From positions 165,189 through 229,188 of the IMG/VR virus record IMGVR_UViG_3300042691_055965: a stretch of DNA of 64,000 nt; one strand, given 5' to 3'. The notes below the pieces were generated by a model. The model had not been told where the DNA came from. It was given only the letters and a program-made list of their open reading frames with translations, and did not search any database. Position numbers and translations under genes: made by a program. Numbering within the stretch: position 1 is the stretch's first letter; the number at the start of each line of letters is the position of its first letter. This document shows, in pieces, positions 11,193 to 22,018 of the stretch.

Positions 11193-11927
11193 ATGATAAA
11201 AGTAGGAGCAAAAGAAATAGTAAAAGAAGGATTGGTATGTTTTATGGATCCTGCAAACACGAGTTCATATCAACCAAGTGGTACAACATATTATGATTTG
11301 TCTAGTTTTGCTGCAAAAGCCGTTTTTCAAAATTTTGATACAAATAATAACTTCGATCCGAGTGACGGTGGTGGTAGTATAATTTTTGATGGTGTAGATG
11401 ATAGTATTCGTGTTTTTACATATGGTAGTGTAGGTATTACTAATAGTGCTGAAACTGACTCCTATTTATTTACTGATGAAGTAACATTAGAGGCGTTTGT
11501 AAAACCAACATCGTTTACTAGTCAACCTAACATAATAGGTAAAGGTACAAATTTAGGATATAGATGTAGATTTACGTCTGATCAAAGATTTTGGTTATAT
11601 TCTTCTAGTGGTGCTAGTATTAATAACATTCAAACCGCATCCAATTTGATAAACCCAAATGAATGGGTTCATGTTGTTGCGGTTTTTAGTCAGTCGGGTC
11701 TTTTTGCTTATGTAAATGGAGTGCTGCAGGCATCAAATTCACAACCATTTTTACCCGACATATTAAACCCAACGAGTATAGCTTGTGTATTACATTTTGG
11801 TAGATTTTGTAGTTCTGGTGAACTATTTGAAGGTAAAATGGGTATTATAAGGGTTTACCATGCGGCTCTTTCCGCTGATCAAGTACTATCAAACTTCAAT
11901 GCTGATAGGGATAGATACGGAATATAA
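11193..11927 (+). CDS. LamG/concanavalin A-like lectin domain protein
   Basis: FDGVDD, NEWVHVVAVF, YVNG, FEGKMGIIRVYHAALSADQV motifs. Confidence 0.8.
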   Translation: MIKVGAKEIVKEGLVCFMDPANTSSYQPSGTTYYDLSSFAAKAVFQNFDTNNNFDPSDGGGSIIFDGVDDSIRVFTYGSVGITNSAETDSYLFTDEVTLEAFVKPTSFTSQPNIIGKGTNLGYRCRFTSDQRFWLYSSSGASINNIQTASNLINPNEWVHVVAVFSQSGLFAYVNGVLQASNSQPFLPDILNPTSIACVLHFGRFCSSGELFEGKMGIIRVYHAALSADQVLSNFNADRDRYGI

Positions 11928-11990
11928 AATTATATATTTCTTTATACAATCTAACATTTATTAATTTTTCTATTTTCATAACATTCTAAT

Positions 11991-13187
11991 ATGAAAATAT
12001 TTGTACAAATTGCATCTTATCGTGATCCTGAACTTTTACCAACTATTAGGGATTGTATCAATAAGGCAAAATACCCTGAAAATTTAACTTTTGGTATCTG
12101 TTGGCAACGTGACGAAACAGAAACTTTGGAAGAATTTTTAAATGATTATAGATTTAGAATATTAGATTATCATTGGAGTGAAAGTAAAGGGCTGTGTTGG
12201 GCTCGAAGTGAAATACAAAAACTTTGGAAAGGGGAAGAATATACTCTACAATTAGATTCACATCATAGGTTTTTGAAAAATTGGGATGAAGAATTAATCG
12301 AAATGATGAACATGACAGGTTCGAAAAAACCAATAATTTCAACATATGCTGGAATGTATCAACCATCAGACGACAAGTTATTAAATTTTGAACCTTATAA
12401 AATGGTGGCATCTAATTTCACACCAGGTGGTACTATACTTTTTAGACCTCACGCAATCCCAAACTGGGAAACATTGGAAAAACCAATACCTGCAAGATTT
12501 GTCAGTGGACACTTTTTTTTCACAATTGGTAAACACTGTGAAGAATATAAATATGATCCAAACATATATTTTGCTGGTGATGAAATTAGTCTATCGATTC
12601 GTTCATTTACATTAGGTTATGATTTATTTCACCCATATAAGACAATTATTTGGCACGAATACACAAGGGAAGGTAGAACAAAACACTGGTCGGATTTCAA
12701 TGAGGAAAATAAAAATAAAGGTGTTGTTGAAAAACAATGGTGGGAAATGGATAATGAATCCAAAAGAAGATTGAGACATATGTTGCAAGAAGAAGATAAT
12801 AATATTGATCTTGGAATTTATGGGTTAGGAAATGAAAGGACACATAAAGAATACGAAGATTATGCTGGTATAAATTTTAGACTTAAAAAACTTCACCCCG
12901 AAACGTTAAAAGGTACAAATCCACCAATTAATGATACTACAGAATGGTATTTGGAAGAAGAAAAAACATATACCTATACTTTAGAAATACCCAAAACTGA
13001 AAATTTTAAATTCATATATATTGGTATAGAAAATGAAAAAGGTGATGTTTTATACAGACAAGATTTATTAGAATATCAAAATAAATTAGACATAACAATT
13101 AAAAGTTTTTCCAAACCACACAAATGGATTTATTGGGTAAACGATATCGATGGGAATTGGATTAATAGGGTAGATACAAATTTATGA
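11991..13187 (+). CDS. glycosyltransferase, Pfam GlcNAc / GT60 (Gnt1-like) family
   Basis: IFVQIASYRDPEL, GLCWARS..Q.L..GEEY.LQLDSH.RF..WD, FAGDEISLSIR..T.GYD motifs. Confidence 0.8.
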   Translation: MKIFVQIASYRDPELLPTIRDCINKAKYPENLTFGICWQRDETETLEEFLNDYRFRILDYHWSESKGLCWARSEIQKLWKGEEYTLQLDSHHRFLKNWDEELIEMMNMTGSKKPIISTYAGMYQPSDDKLLNFEPYKMVASNFTPGGTILFRPHAIPNWETLEKPIPARFVSGHFFFTIGKHCEEYKYDPNIYFAGDEISLSIRSFTLGYDLFHPYKTIIWHEYTREGRTKHWSDFNEENKNKGVVEKQWWEMDNESKRRLRHMLQEEDNNIDLGIYGLGNERTHKEYEDYAGINFRLKKLHPETLKGTNPPINDTTEWYLEEEKTYTYTLEIPKTENFKFIYIGIENEKGDVLYRQDLLEYQNKLDITIKSFSKPHKWIYWVNDIDGNWINRVDTNL

Positions 13188-13981
13188 AAATAGGAGCATT
13201 TTATCAGTCAGGACACAAGTTAGTTGCGTGTTATAAAGCATTGGAACAATTAAGAAAAGTATATCCTAATATACCTGTTGCTTTATATGAAGACGGTTCT
13301 AAAATATTGGAACAGGTAGCAAAAAAATTTAATTGTGATTATAAATGGATTGAACAACAAGGGACAAACCACCCTACATCTGGAAGGGTTTTTGTTAAAG
13401 AAGGTGGGCAAATTGATTGGCTACGAAGAATCTATGATGCTTGTTTGACAACACTAAAAGATGTTGAATGGGTGGTACACTACGAAGACGACGTTTGGTG
13501 TAGGTTTGAAATAACCAAACCACCAAAATTTGATATTTCAGGAGCCAATGGTCCATTATATACAAATGAATTATATTCATATTTAAAAAATAGATTTGAT
13601 GTTTACGATGAGTCAAGACATCATTGGAGTGAAAATGGTTCTTTACAAAGTTACGGTGCCTGTGGTGGTGCTATTTTTAATAGAGAAAAATTTATCTACA
13701 TATTTGAAAATATCGACAAAGTTCCGTGGGATTATATCTATAAATTGGATACCAGACCGATTGAGTGGTGTGATGCAACGCTTTCGTTTTTATTTCAGTA
13801 TTTTGGATTTACTAGTGGGGTATGGGAAGATTGGGCACAATACGATAGTAAAAATATAGGTAATTGGTGGGATAAAAGTGGTTGGTCGGTTCCTATGGAA
13901 GAACAACCTAATGTTGCTTTTATTCATGCGTATAAACATTATTATTGTTATAAACCTGAAGATATTGAAATAGATTTTTAA
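13184..13981 (+). CDS. putative GT-A fold glycosyltransferase
   Basis: ALEQLRKVYP..P.ALYEDG, WVVHYEDD (DxD-like), GACGGAIFN, D..LS..F; coupled to the upstream GT. Confidence 0.65.
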   Translation: MKIGAFYQSGHKLVACYKALEQLRKVYPNIPVALYEDGSKILEQVAKKFNCDYKWIEQQGTNHPTSGRVFVKEGGQIDWLRRIYDACLTTLKDVEWVVHYEDDVWCRFEITKPPKFDISGANGPLYTNELYSYLKNRFDVYDESRHHWSENGSLQSYGACGGAIFNREKFIYIFENIDKVPWDYIYKLDTRPIEWCDATLSFLFQYFGFTSGVWEDWAQYDSKNIGNWWDKSGWSVPMEEQPNVAFIHAYKHYYCYKPEDIEIDF

Positions 13982-14028
13982 AAAAATTTATGCAAATCAG
14001 ATTTTCAATTATTTATATATAAAAAAGA

Positions 14029-15657
14029 GTGCCAAATTTATTATTTGAAGGTTGTTGTTACGAGGGTTATCAGTATTTCACTGATGAAGCAGCTTGGATT
14101 GCAACTGGTGGAACCGCGACTACAGGACAAACATATCATTTTTCAGGTGACCCAATAGTTCCCGATGGTTGTTATACTATAGTATCGGCATTCACATCAG
14201 GTTTTACATCTGTATCATTTACAAATTTAGATGGTGTTTATACAACACAAACAGGATGTACCGATTCTTTGTGTTTGACAGGTGTTTGTTGTAGTAATGA
14301 TGTTTGCATTAACATTTCGGTTTCAACATATAGTGCGTATAGCGGTAATTATGTTGTTGCTGGAAGTTATAATTCTTACCCTTATTGGACAGGTGCAACA
14401 CAACCTGGGTATATTGGGTTCAATGGTACAAATTGGTGTCTTTCTGATTCACTAACCGGAACTTGTATTTTTTATGGGTCGAACCCAACATTATCAACTT
14501 GCCCTGATTTAGATACTTCAGTTTATAATACAGGAATTTGTCCACCTGTACCAACACCATTCGATCCGTGTGGTGCATTTGATTTTGATGTTTTAGTTGC
14601 TTGTGATATACCAACACCAACTCCAACACCAACACCGACACCAACACCTACACCGACTCCCACACCAAGTCCAACACCTAATTTATGTTCAGGATTTTCT
14701 GTGTCAATATCTTTTAGTGCTACAACACCTACACCAACACCAACACCAACACCTACACCAACGCCTACGGTTTATCCTTATCCAATAACTGGACAAAGTG
14801 TGACTTTTGTTATTGACGAAGGTTATTTTAATTGTGTTTCAATAAAACAATTACAGGATTGTGATAATGGTGAAACATATTTAGTTGCCGATCCTTTAAT
14901 TTTCCAATTATCGGCAATAACCACAGGCACTACGTTCTTGGGCGCTATAAATGGAGAATTCAAGTGTGTAACATATGTGGGTGATGTTTTGGGAAGTCCA
15001 TCCGATTTGTTAACATTTATATCACTTACATACAGTGGGGATTGTAGTTCATGTATCGCGCCAACACCAACTCCAACACCTACACCAAGCCCAACACCAA
15101 CACCGACACCTACACCGACACCTACACCGACACCAACATATAGTGCGAACACATCATTCGTGTTTACATCTTGTACATCAAATTCGATGATAATTCAAAG
15201 TTTGATTCCACCTACTAACATTTCTGTTGGTAACGTTGTAAAAAATAGTTCAGGAAATTGTTTCACTTATATTGGTTATTTTGTGAATTATACTCCACCA
15301 TCTGGGTTTATTTGGTCGACTATAAATTCATTTACGGGTGTTACTGCAACAACTTACACGACTTGTTTAGAGTGTTTGACACCAACACCAACACCTACAC
15401 CATTATTCAATACATATAACGGTAAAGGTGAATTCGGAGTATCGTGTCCTGTTTGTGAATTGACAAATGGTGGTACAAATGTGACTTTCTATAGGTCTTA
15501 TAGTACTTTATCTTTACAGACAGGGGATTATATTTATGAAGATACTGCACTTACCATACCTGTAATATTATCATACATTAAGTACGGTGGTAAAATATAC
15601 AGTGTTGATAGTAATGGTATGATAACAGAATTTTGTATAGTAAACGGTAATTGTTAA
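14029..15657 (+). CDS. Cys-rich virion appendage protein with four (PT)n tracts
   Basis: GTG start after TATTTATA; PT tracts separate small Cys-rich domains. Confidence 0.7.
   Translation: MPNLLFEGCCYEGYQYFTDEAAWIATGGTATTGQTYHFSGDPIVPDGCYTIVSAFTSGFTSVSFTNLDGVYTTQTGCTDSLCLTGVCCSNDVCINISVSTYSAYSGNYVVAGSYNSYPYWTGATQPGYIGFNGTNWCLSDSLTGTCIFYGSNPTLSTCPDLDTSVYNTGICPPVPTPFDPCGAFDFDVLVACDIPTPTPTPTPTPTPTPTPTPSPTPNLCSGFSVSISFSATTPTPTPTPTPTPTPTVYPYPITGQSVTFVIDEGYFNCVSIKQLQDCDNGETYLVADPLIFQLSAITTGTTFLGAINGEFKCVTYVGDVLGSPSDLLTFISLTYSGDCSSCIAPTPTPTPTPSPTPTPTPTPTPTPTPTYSANTSFVFTSCTSNSMIIQSLIPPTNISVGNVVKNSSGNCFTYIGYFVNYTPPSGFIWSTINSFTGVTATTYTTCLECLTPTPTPTPLFNTYNGKGEFGVSCPVCELTNGGTNVTFYRSYSTLSLQTGDYIYEDTALTIPVILSYIKYGGKIYSVDSNGMITEFCIVNGNC
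14611..15402 (+). repeat. four Pro-Thr coding tracts (about 14611-14679, 14722-14769, 15061-15138, 15378-15402)
   Basis: ccaaca/cctaca/ccgaca hexamer runs. Confidence 0.9.
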
Positions 15658-15658
15658 T

Positions 15659-15958
15659 ATGGCGACATTTGTTACAGTAAACACAGCAACAGGACAGTTC
15701 CCAATAAATGTTTGGGTTTGTAATGATTGTACCACGGGGGCTACAAATATTTGTCAATACATAGACACAATTGATAATGTTGGTGAAATTCCGTTCACAT
15801 TTCAACTACCAACAATTTATGAAACAGCACTTTCATATTCCATCAAATTTATTGACAGTTTAGGATGTGAAGTGTGTGATGCTTATTCGACTTATAAACA
15901 ATTCCAAGATGGTGATCCATTTATTTTCATGGACGGCACAACTTATGAATTTCAATAA
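15659..15958 (+). CDS. small Cys-containing structural/adaptor protein (paralogue 3)
   Basis: C-terminal KQFQDGDPFIFMDGTTYEFQ matches 9579. Confidence 0.6.
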   Translation: MATFVTVNTATGQFPINVWVCNDCTTGATNICQYIDTIDNVGEIPFTFQLPTIYETALSYSIKFIDSLGCEVCDAYSTYKQFQDGDPFIFMDGTTYEFQ

Positions 15959-15978
15959 ACATTATATATATTAATTAA

Positions 15979-16506
15979 ATGGCAAGATTAACAGATAAAA
16001 CAACAGCAACTGCAGTAACCCAAAGTAGTTTAATTCACATTGTGAATACTAATGATGTTACACAAAATAGTGCGGGTTCATCGTATAGAGCCGATTTAGG
16101 ACAAGTAGCAAATGCGATTGGCGGGTATCAATATTATAGTGCCGTAACAATTACATCTTCAGATATATTAACTTCTAATTCAGTTCCTTTTGAAATATTA
16201 CCTAATCCTGGTGCTAATAGTTACTATGATGCTAAATTTATTATGGAATATACGTATAATACAACAGGATACGTTTCGGGTGCTGAAAGTGTTATTTCAG
16301 ACGGAGTAAATAGTGTTTATGCTTTGGGTGATTTGGCAAATTTTGTTACAGATACCGTAAATATCGTGCAAAGTATTGAAACCTTACAACCCGCAAAAAT
16401 GCAACCAAACAATCCTTTGTATTTCTTCACAGAAGTCGCGGATCCAACTACAGGTGATGGTGAAATACTACTTAAAATTTGGTATACAATAAGAACATTC
16501 GGATAA
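15979..16506 (+). CDS. putative short fibre protein
   Basis: N-terminal anchor shared with 9892. Confidence 0.55.
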   Translation: MARLTDKTTATAVTQSSLIHIVNTNDVTQNSAGSSYRADLGQVANAIGGYQYYSAVTITSSDILTSNSVPFEILPNPGANSYYDAKFIMEYTYNTTGYVSGAESVISDGVNSVYALGDLANFVTDTVNIVQSIETLQPAKMQPNNPLYFFTEVADPTTGDGEILLKIWYTIRTFG

Positions 16507-16507
16507 T

Positions 16508-18157
16508 ATGGCAGGATATACTGGAAATACTTGTGATATTTTAACCATCTTCCCAATGGGTTTGATTTGTAGTTCAACAAATGCGTATACTCCATTTACA
16601 AATGATGGTGCGATAACATTGTATATTACAGGAGGTACACCACCGTATACAATAAATTGGAGTAATGGTGCTCATTCACAAAATTTAACAAACTTACAAT
16701 CAGGAAATTACACTGCCACGGTAATTGATTACTATGGGGATTTTACAGCAACAACTACTTGTAATGTTGGATTTGATACTTTTTATTTAGAAAAATTCAC
16801 AAATTGTTTGGATTCAAACAATCAAATTTATTTTTTAGCAAATATTAATAATCAATACCAAGTTGATAAAGTTTATTCTTTAAGTTCACAACTTGGATGT
16901 TGGATTAGTGAAGGTTTACTTTTATATAGTGCTGAAACATATAGTAATTTTACAGCAACAACGGTTTCGGGACCTTTTGATACTTGTCCTGAATGTTTAC
17001 CAACAGTACCTGTGATTTTTAATACTTCTGGATTGTGTTTGACACTAACATCTTTTAATGTTGTAACACAAACACAATATTATTCAGGAGGTACAATCAA
17101 TGGATATCCGTCATGGACATCCAACACATCGAATGAAGTTATTTATTTTGATAACACACAATCTAAATGGAAAGTTTCTGGATGGACGGGTGGAGGTATC
17201 CCACAACTTCAATCAATACAAAGTCCACCAATCGGAGCTTGGACTGTAGTAGGGTTACCACAGTTATTGGCAGGTAATACTGCGGTTGCCGTAACACAAG
17301 GGGATTGTCAAGCAGTAATTGTTGCAAATATCAGTAGTACACCACCAAGTTGTGAAGGTGCAACCGATGGTTATATAAATGTAACATCGGTTATTGGCGG
17401 TACACCACCATATACATATTCATTAGTGAATGATCAAAATTTTTATCAAATATCAAATATATTCAATGGTTTGTCAGAAGGTGGTTATACAGTATATGTT
17501 CAAGACGTTTTTGGAAATATCACTATAAGTCAAGTTAATTTGAATTCTTTAGTTAGCCCAACATTATATACGTTGAATTTAGTTGTGCAACAAGTAAATC
17601 TTGGTAACAACTCGACAACAAACCAAACTAGAAATTGGACTTACCAAGTTACAGTATCACCAGCACTTCCAATAGGTAAACAGATCAATTTTGATATAAC
17701 ACACGTATCAACATCAATTTATGGAACAACCAACAATGGTTCACCTGTATTATCTTATACCCAATCAACAGGAACTACAGGTGGTGGACAATACTTAACA
17801 AGTACAACACCAACAACCACTTCTACTTCAGCAACAACTGTTGCATGTACCACATTAAATAATTACACACAACACGTAACAACTACAACCATAAGACAAT
17901 ATAACGCAAGGATAACAGGTACATTTGGAACGGATAGTGTTTTTGGTAACGTCACACAAAGTGTAACTGTTATAAATGGTGGAACACCATGTGCAGTATT
18001 CGGTAATATTAATGATAGTGTTTCAATAACAAATATACAATTGGTAAACCAAGCACCGTGTGAATTGGTGAACACAACCGTTCAACCCGTGTCTTTCGGT
18101 GTTTCTAAAACGGGAACACCTGGAATAGTTGGAAGTAATGTAAATGTGAGTGGATAA
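16508..18157 (+). CDS. SprB-repeat virion protein
   Basis: GGTPPYTINWSNG..NL..GNYT and GGTPPYTYSL..FNGL..G.YTVYVQD. Confidence 0.7.
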   Translation: MAGYTGNTCDILTIFPMGLICSSTNAYTPFTNDGAITLYITGGTPPYTINWSNGAHSQNLTNLQSGNYTATVIDYYGDFTATTTCNVGFDTFYLEKFTNCLDSNNQIYFLANINNQYQVDKVYSLSSQLGCWISEGLLLYSAETYSNFTATTVSGPFDTCPECLPTVPVIFNTSGLCLTLTSFNVVTQTQYYSGGTINGYPSWTSNTSNEVIYFDNTQSKWKVSGWTGGGIPQLQSIQSPPIGAWTVVGLPQLLAGNTAVAVTQGDCQAVIVANISSTPPSCEGATDGYINVTSVIGGTPPYTYSLVNDQNFYQISNIFNGLSEGGYTVYVQDVFGNITISQVNLNSLVSPTLYTLNLVVQQVNLGNNSTTNQTRNWTYQVTVSPALPIGKQINFDITHVSTSIYGTTNNGSPVLSYTQSTGTTGGGQYLTSTTPTTTSTSATTVACTTLNNYTQHVTTTTIRQYNARITGTFGTDSVFGNVTQSVTVINGGTPCAVFGNINDSVSITNIQLVNQAPCELVNTTVQPVSFGVSKTGTPGIVGSNVNVSG

Positions 18158-18183
18158 AATAAGATAAAAAGTATTTATAAAAT

Positions 18184-20385
18184 ATGTCATACATAATCAA
18201 AACAACAAGTGGTTTAATAAATACAATTCTAACAGACGCTGCTAGGAAAAAAATATCGCAAGGAAACTTTAAGATTTCTTATTTTCAAGTAGGTGATAGT
18301 GAAGTGTGTTATGATTGTATTACAGGATTGAAACCAACCAATCTAAATGTTTTGATGCCACAATATAACGCACAAAACACAACACCGGCACCTGAAAGTA
18401 ATCGTTTACAAGTAAAGTATCCACTTTACGTAGACTCTACATCAGGAAGTACTTACGGTATACCTTTTGATTCATCATTTGTTGATAACATCTATAATAC
18501 TGCAGCACCAAGAGGATTTTTTAGTGGTAATGGTTTGACTTACAGTGCGTACACATCATCGGCATATACAATTACACCTAATTTTATTGTTGATAACACA
18601 ACTTTAAATTCAGGGACTACTTTAGTATTGTCTGCTAACACTTTAGATGTTACCGTTTCAGGAACAGTAACTCCTGGTATGATATTAAATTTATTTACAA
18701 ATAATTCTGTCACACCATTAAGTGGAAACGCACCATTATTTACTTATGTTGTTGTTGGAATAACTGGTGATACCTATTCGGCAAACACAGTTACAGTTGA
18801 AGTTGATAGACAATTACCTGACTTTTTGAATATGGGTTACACAGGAAATTCTATTGCCATTTTCTACCCATCTGGAATGACTGCTCTTTATGATTCCGTG
18901 ACACCTGCACCTTATTGGGCTACAAATGTAATTAATTTCGAAACAAATTGTGACGTATCACAAGCTGACGTTAAAATATGGAATATGAACATTCCATGGA
19001 CTGAATCGCCAGCTGGTTTATTTGTCAGTCAAAATTTGGATTACAATTCGTTCAAATCTACAGGATATACGGGTTCTAAAGAATATTTTGGTTACAATAG
19101 TGATACAGGACAAGTGGATACTGGAGGTGTTTATTTTGTGAACTCTCTTGGACAAAAAATAACGTTAAATCCATCAGATTCAAAGGCAGTTGCAATATTA
19201 CACTATACAAACCAAGCTATTGATAATTTTTATGGTGAAAAGTTCGCTCAACAAGAATATGATTCATCAAATCCGGGTGGAACAGGACAAGCAAGAAACT
19301 TTAAAATAAGTATTCCTTGGTTGATGTGGCATAAAAATTCAAATGGCACAATTGGAGAAGAATTTTTTACTGATCCAAGTGGGTTTACTTCAATTGACTT
19401 ATTTCAAGTTTATTATATCAAATCTAAAAAAGATGCGGAATTCAACAACCCTGGTATTAGATATTACTATCTTTGGGATACACATGCTAACATCGATGGA
19501 TACCCAAACAGAGTTGGTAAAGTTTTCCCTGACTTGAAAATGGTAATTTTTGATGATGATGAAATTGTTGCAGCAATGTCATATAAATCAAACAGAAGTT
19601 GGACATTACCAGCACCTAAAATAGGTACAATAATTCCAAATGCTTGTGAAGGTGTTCTTGGATTAGATGAGGGTTTATTAAGTGCTAACACACAAACCGC
19701 ATTCGTTACGTATAGATTTAATAATAGTGCTTTTACAAATTCATTACATTGTAATTATTACACTAATATTTCACCACAGTTAGTTGATCCTATTCAAACA
19801 ACCTACAATATATTTTTAAAATTTGGAAACGAATTTCCGTTTTTAGTTTCGGACGTTAGTACTATACCAACTGGATATACCGCAAATGAAATGAAAGTAT
19901 TGGTACAAAAAGTGGCATCAGGTACAACAAGACCTAATCCTACACAATGGAAAGAAATTGATGTAATGTCACAACTATCGGCAACTACTAGTAACAATTT
20001 TTTAACACTATCAGGTTTGACAGGAGCAACTATACAAATTACCAAAGATATGTATGATACTGCACCAACATACAACTTGAATAACTATATTGATTTACCA
20101 ACAGCGGCATTAAGTGGAATTACTCTTAATTTTGGGGGTGAATACTTTTTCTACGGTTCAATTCAAACGGATATTCAAGCAACAATATATGTGATGAATT
20201 ATCTATGTAATTTGGGACAAACACAGTTTTTAAGTTCAACCAATCCGACTTGGGATGGGACACCACCGTACATCACTGAAGTTGCTCTTTACAATGAAAA
20301 TAAAGAACTTATGGTTATTTCAAAGATACAATCCCCTGAAAAAAGACAGGGAATCCAACAGTATCCAGTTAAACTTGATTTTTAA
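18184..20385 (+). CDS. conserved tail/baseplate structural protein
   Basis: N-terminal ILTD.ARKKI..G.F.ISYF..GDSE and C-terminal YITEVALYN...EL....K...P typical of tail-fibre attachment/baseplate proteins. Confidence 0.6.
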   Translation: MSYIIKTTSGLINTILTDAARKKISQGNFKISYFQVGDSEVCYDCITGLKPTNLNVLMPQYNAQNTTPAPESNRLQVKYPLYVDSTSGSTYGIPFDSSFVDNIYNTAAPRGFFSGNGLTYSAYTSSAYTITPNFIVDNTTLNSGTTLVLSANTLDVTVSGTVTPGMILNLFTNNSVTPLSGNAPLFTYVVVGITGDTYSANTVTVEVDRQLPDFLNMGYTGNSIAIFYPSGMTALYDSVTPAPYWATNVINFETNCDVSQADVKIWNMNIPWTESPAGLFVSQNLDYNSFKSTGYTGSKEYFGYNSDTGQVDTGGVYFVNSLGQKITLNPSDSKAVAILHYTNQAIDNFYGEKFAQQEYDSSNPGGTGQARNFKISIPWLMWHKNSNGTIGEEFFTDPSGFTSIDLFQVYYIKSKKDAEFNNPGIRYYYLWDTHANIDGYPNRVGKVFPDLKMVIFDDDEIVAAMSYKSNRSWTLPAPKIGTIIPNACEGVLGLDEGLLSANTQTAFVTYRFNNSAFTNSLHCNYYTNISPQLVDPIQTTYNIFLKFGNEFPFLVSDVSTIPTGYTANEMKVLVQKVASGTTRPNPTQWKEIDVMSQLSATTSNNFLTLSGLTGATIQITKDMYDTAPTYNLNNYIDLPTAALSGITLNFGGEYFFYGSIQTDIQATIYVMNYLCNLGQTQFLSSTNPTWDGTPPYITEVALYNENKELMVISKIQSPEKRQGIQQYPVKLDF

Positions 20386-20390
20386 TCATT

Positions 20391-20996
20391 ATGGCAGAAA
20401 AAACCGATTTGAAGAATTCACCAAAAGTGTTAGGTCTTGATATTTCGACTAAAACTATAGGATGGTCTTTATTTGAAATTCAAACACAAGATTTATTAGA
20501 ATTAACACACTTTTCACCTGTAATCAAACCTAAACCTGAAGATAAAATTGAAGAACTTATATTGAAAGTTCATGCCTTTGAGGAAAAATTACAAGGTTAT
20601 AAAAATCTTGGTATTACAAAAGTGATTATAGAAGAACCATTATTAAATTCAAACAATATTTGGACAGTCGGAACATTGTTAAGATACAATTCAATGATTA
20701 CCAAATCAATTTATGATATTTTAGGGATTGTACCTAACTACATTTCTACATACAATTCAAGAAAGTTTGCTTGGCCTGATTTGGTACAAGAAAACGATAA
20801 AGGTAAAAGAGTTTTGTTTGGTGGGTTACCAAAAGATATCGACAAAAAAGAAATTGTTTGGAAAAAAGTATCAGACAAGGAGCCACAAATTACTTGGTTA
20901 TATACAAAAAATAACACACTGAAAAAAGAATGTTTCGACATGGCAGATTCTTATACTTGTGTTTTGGGGTATATGAAACAAGAAAAAATTTGGTAA
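20391..20996 (+). CDS. RuvC-like Holliday junction resolvase
   Basis: VLGLDISTKTIGW, IIEEP, DMADS acidic RNase H-fold motifs. Confidence 0.75.
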   Translation: MAEKTDLKNSPKVLGLDISTKTIGWSLFEIQTQDLLELTHFSPVIKPKPEDKIEELILKVHAFEEKLQGYKNLGITKVIIEEPLLNSNNIWTVGTLLRYNSMITKSIYDILGIVPNYISTYNSRKFAWPDLVQENDKGKRVLFGGLPKDIDKKEIVWKKVSDKEPQITWLYTKNNTLKKECFDMADSYTCVLGYMKQEKIW

Positions 20997-21079
20997 TATC
21001 ATCATAATAAACGATAACTAAAAATATCGTATAAATCCCCGATAATTGACATTTCATTCATAATTCTTATTTTTTATGT

Positions 21080-22018
21080 ATGAAAGAAGATTCACTGTTA
21101 ATTGATTTAATTGAAACCATTTTTGGTGAACCAAAAAGTGTGAACGAGTACAGTGGACAAATTTCAGTAGATTGCCCTGTTTGTTCATATGAAATCAAAG
21201 GATTAAGTAAAACTGATGGTAAGGGTAATCTAGAAATTAACTACCAACAACACGTTTATAAATGTTGGGCATGTGCAGAAACACATGGAACACATGGACA
21301 TTTAGGAAAATTAATCGATCAGTTTGGTTCAAAAAAAGATAAAAAAACATACAAGTTAATTCGTCCTGACAAGTTTGAAAAGAAAGAAAAAGTCTACAAG
21401 AAATTAGAACTACCAAAAGAATACAAAAAGTTTGAAGATATTCATCCCGTTCATATTCCAAGAAAAGAGGCTTTTAATTATTTGAAAAAAAGAGGAATCA
21501 CACAAGAAATTATAGATAAGTATAATATTGGACTTTGTGTTGAAGGTGATTATGCTGGAAGAATAATTGTACCATCATATAATAAAAAAGGTGAATTAAA
21601 TTTTTTTGTTTCAAGATCTTGGAACCCAAAATCAAAGTTGAAATATAAAAATCCTGAAGCGGCAAAAGACTTTTTGATTTTCAATGAAAGTCACATAGAT
21701 TGGAAAAAAGACATTTATCTTGTAGAAGGGGTGTTTGATTCATTTTTCTTAGATAACTCAATTGCGTTGTTAGGTAAATACGTAAATGATAATTTATGGG
21801 AAAAACTGTATTCAAAAGCAAAAAAAAATATAATAGTGTGTCTTGATGGTGATGCGTTTGAAGATGCTAAAAATATATATCAAAAATTAAATGGGGGTAC
21901 TTTGTACAATAGAGTAAAACTTGCTAAACTACCGAAAGACAAGGATGTTTGCGATTTGAAAGGTGAAATAAACCAATACATATTGGAAGAAAAAGATGAA
22001 TTTAAAATTAATTGCTGA
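21080..22018 (+). CDS. DNA primase (Zn finger + TOPRIM)
   Basis: CPVC..YKCWAC, YLKKRGI, KYKNP, LVEGVFD, CLDGD, KD..D. Confidence 0.85.
   Translation: MKEDSLLIDLIETIFGEPKSVNEYSGQISVDCPVCSYEIKGLSKTDGKGNLEINYQQHVYKCWACAETHGTHGHLGKLIDQFGSKKDKKTYKLIRPDKFEKKEKVYKKLELPKEYKKFEDIHPVHIPRKEAFNYLKKRGITQEIIDKYNIGLCVEGDYAGRIIVPSYNKKGELNFFVSRSWNPKSKLKYKNPEAAKDFLIFNESHIDWKKDIYLVEGVFDSFFLDNSIALLGKYVNDNLWEKLYSKAKKNIIVCLDGDAFEDAKNIYQKLNGGTLYNRVKLAKLPKDKDVCDLKGEINQYILEEKDEFKINC

Noticed and set aside
8844-15152. His/Gln-rich and (GV)n ORFs at 8844, 14597 and 14823
   Set aside because: Alternate-frame or antisense shadows of the Pro-Thr repeats
8870-15402. Tandem repeats as CRISPR arrays or contingency loci
   Set aside because: Hexamer coding repeats with synonymous variation, no spacers, frame preserved
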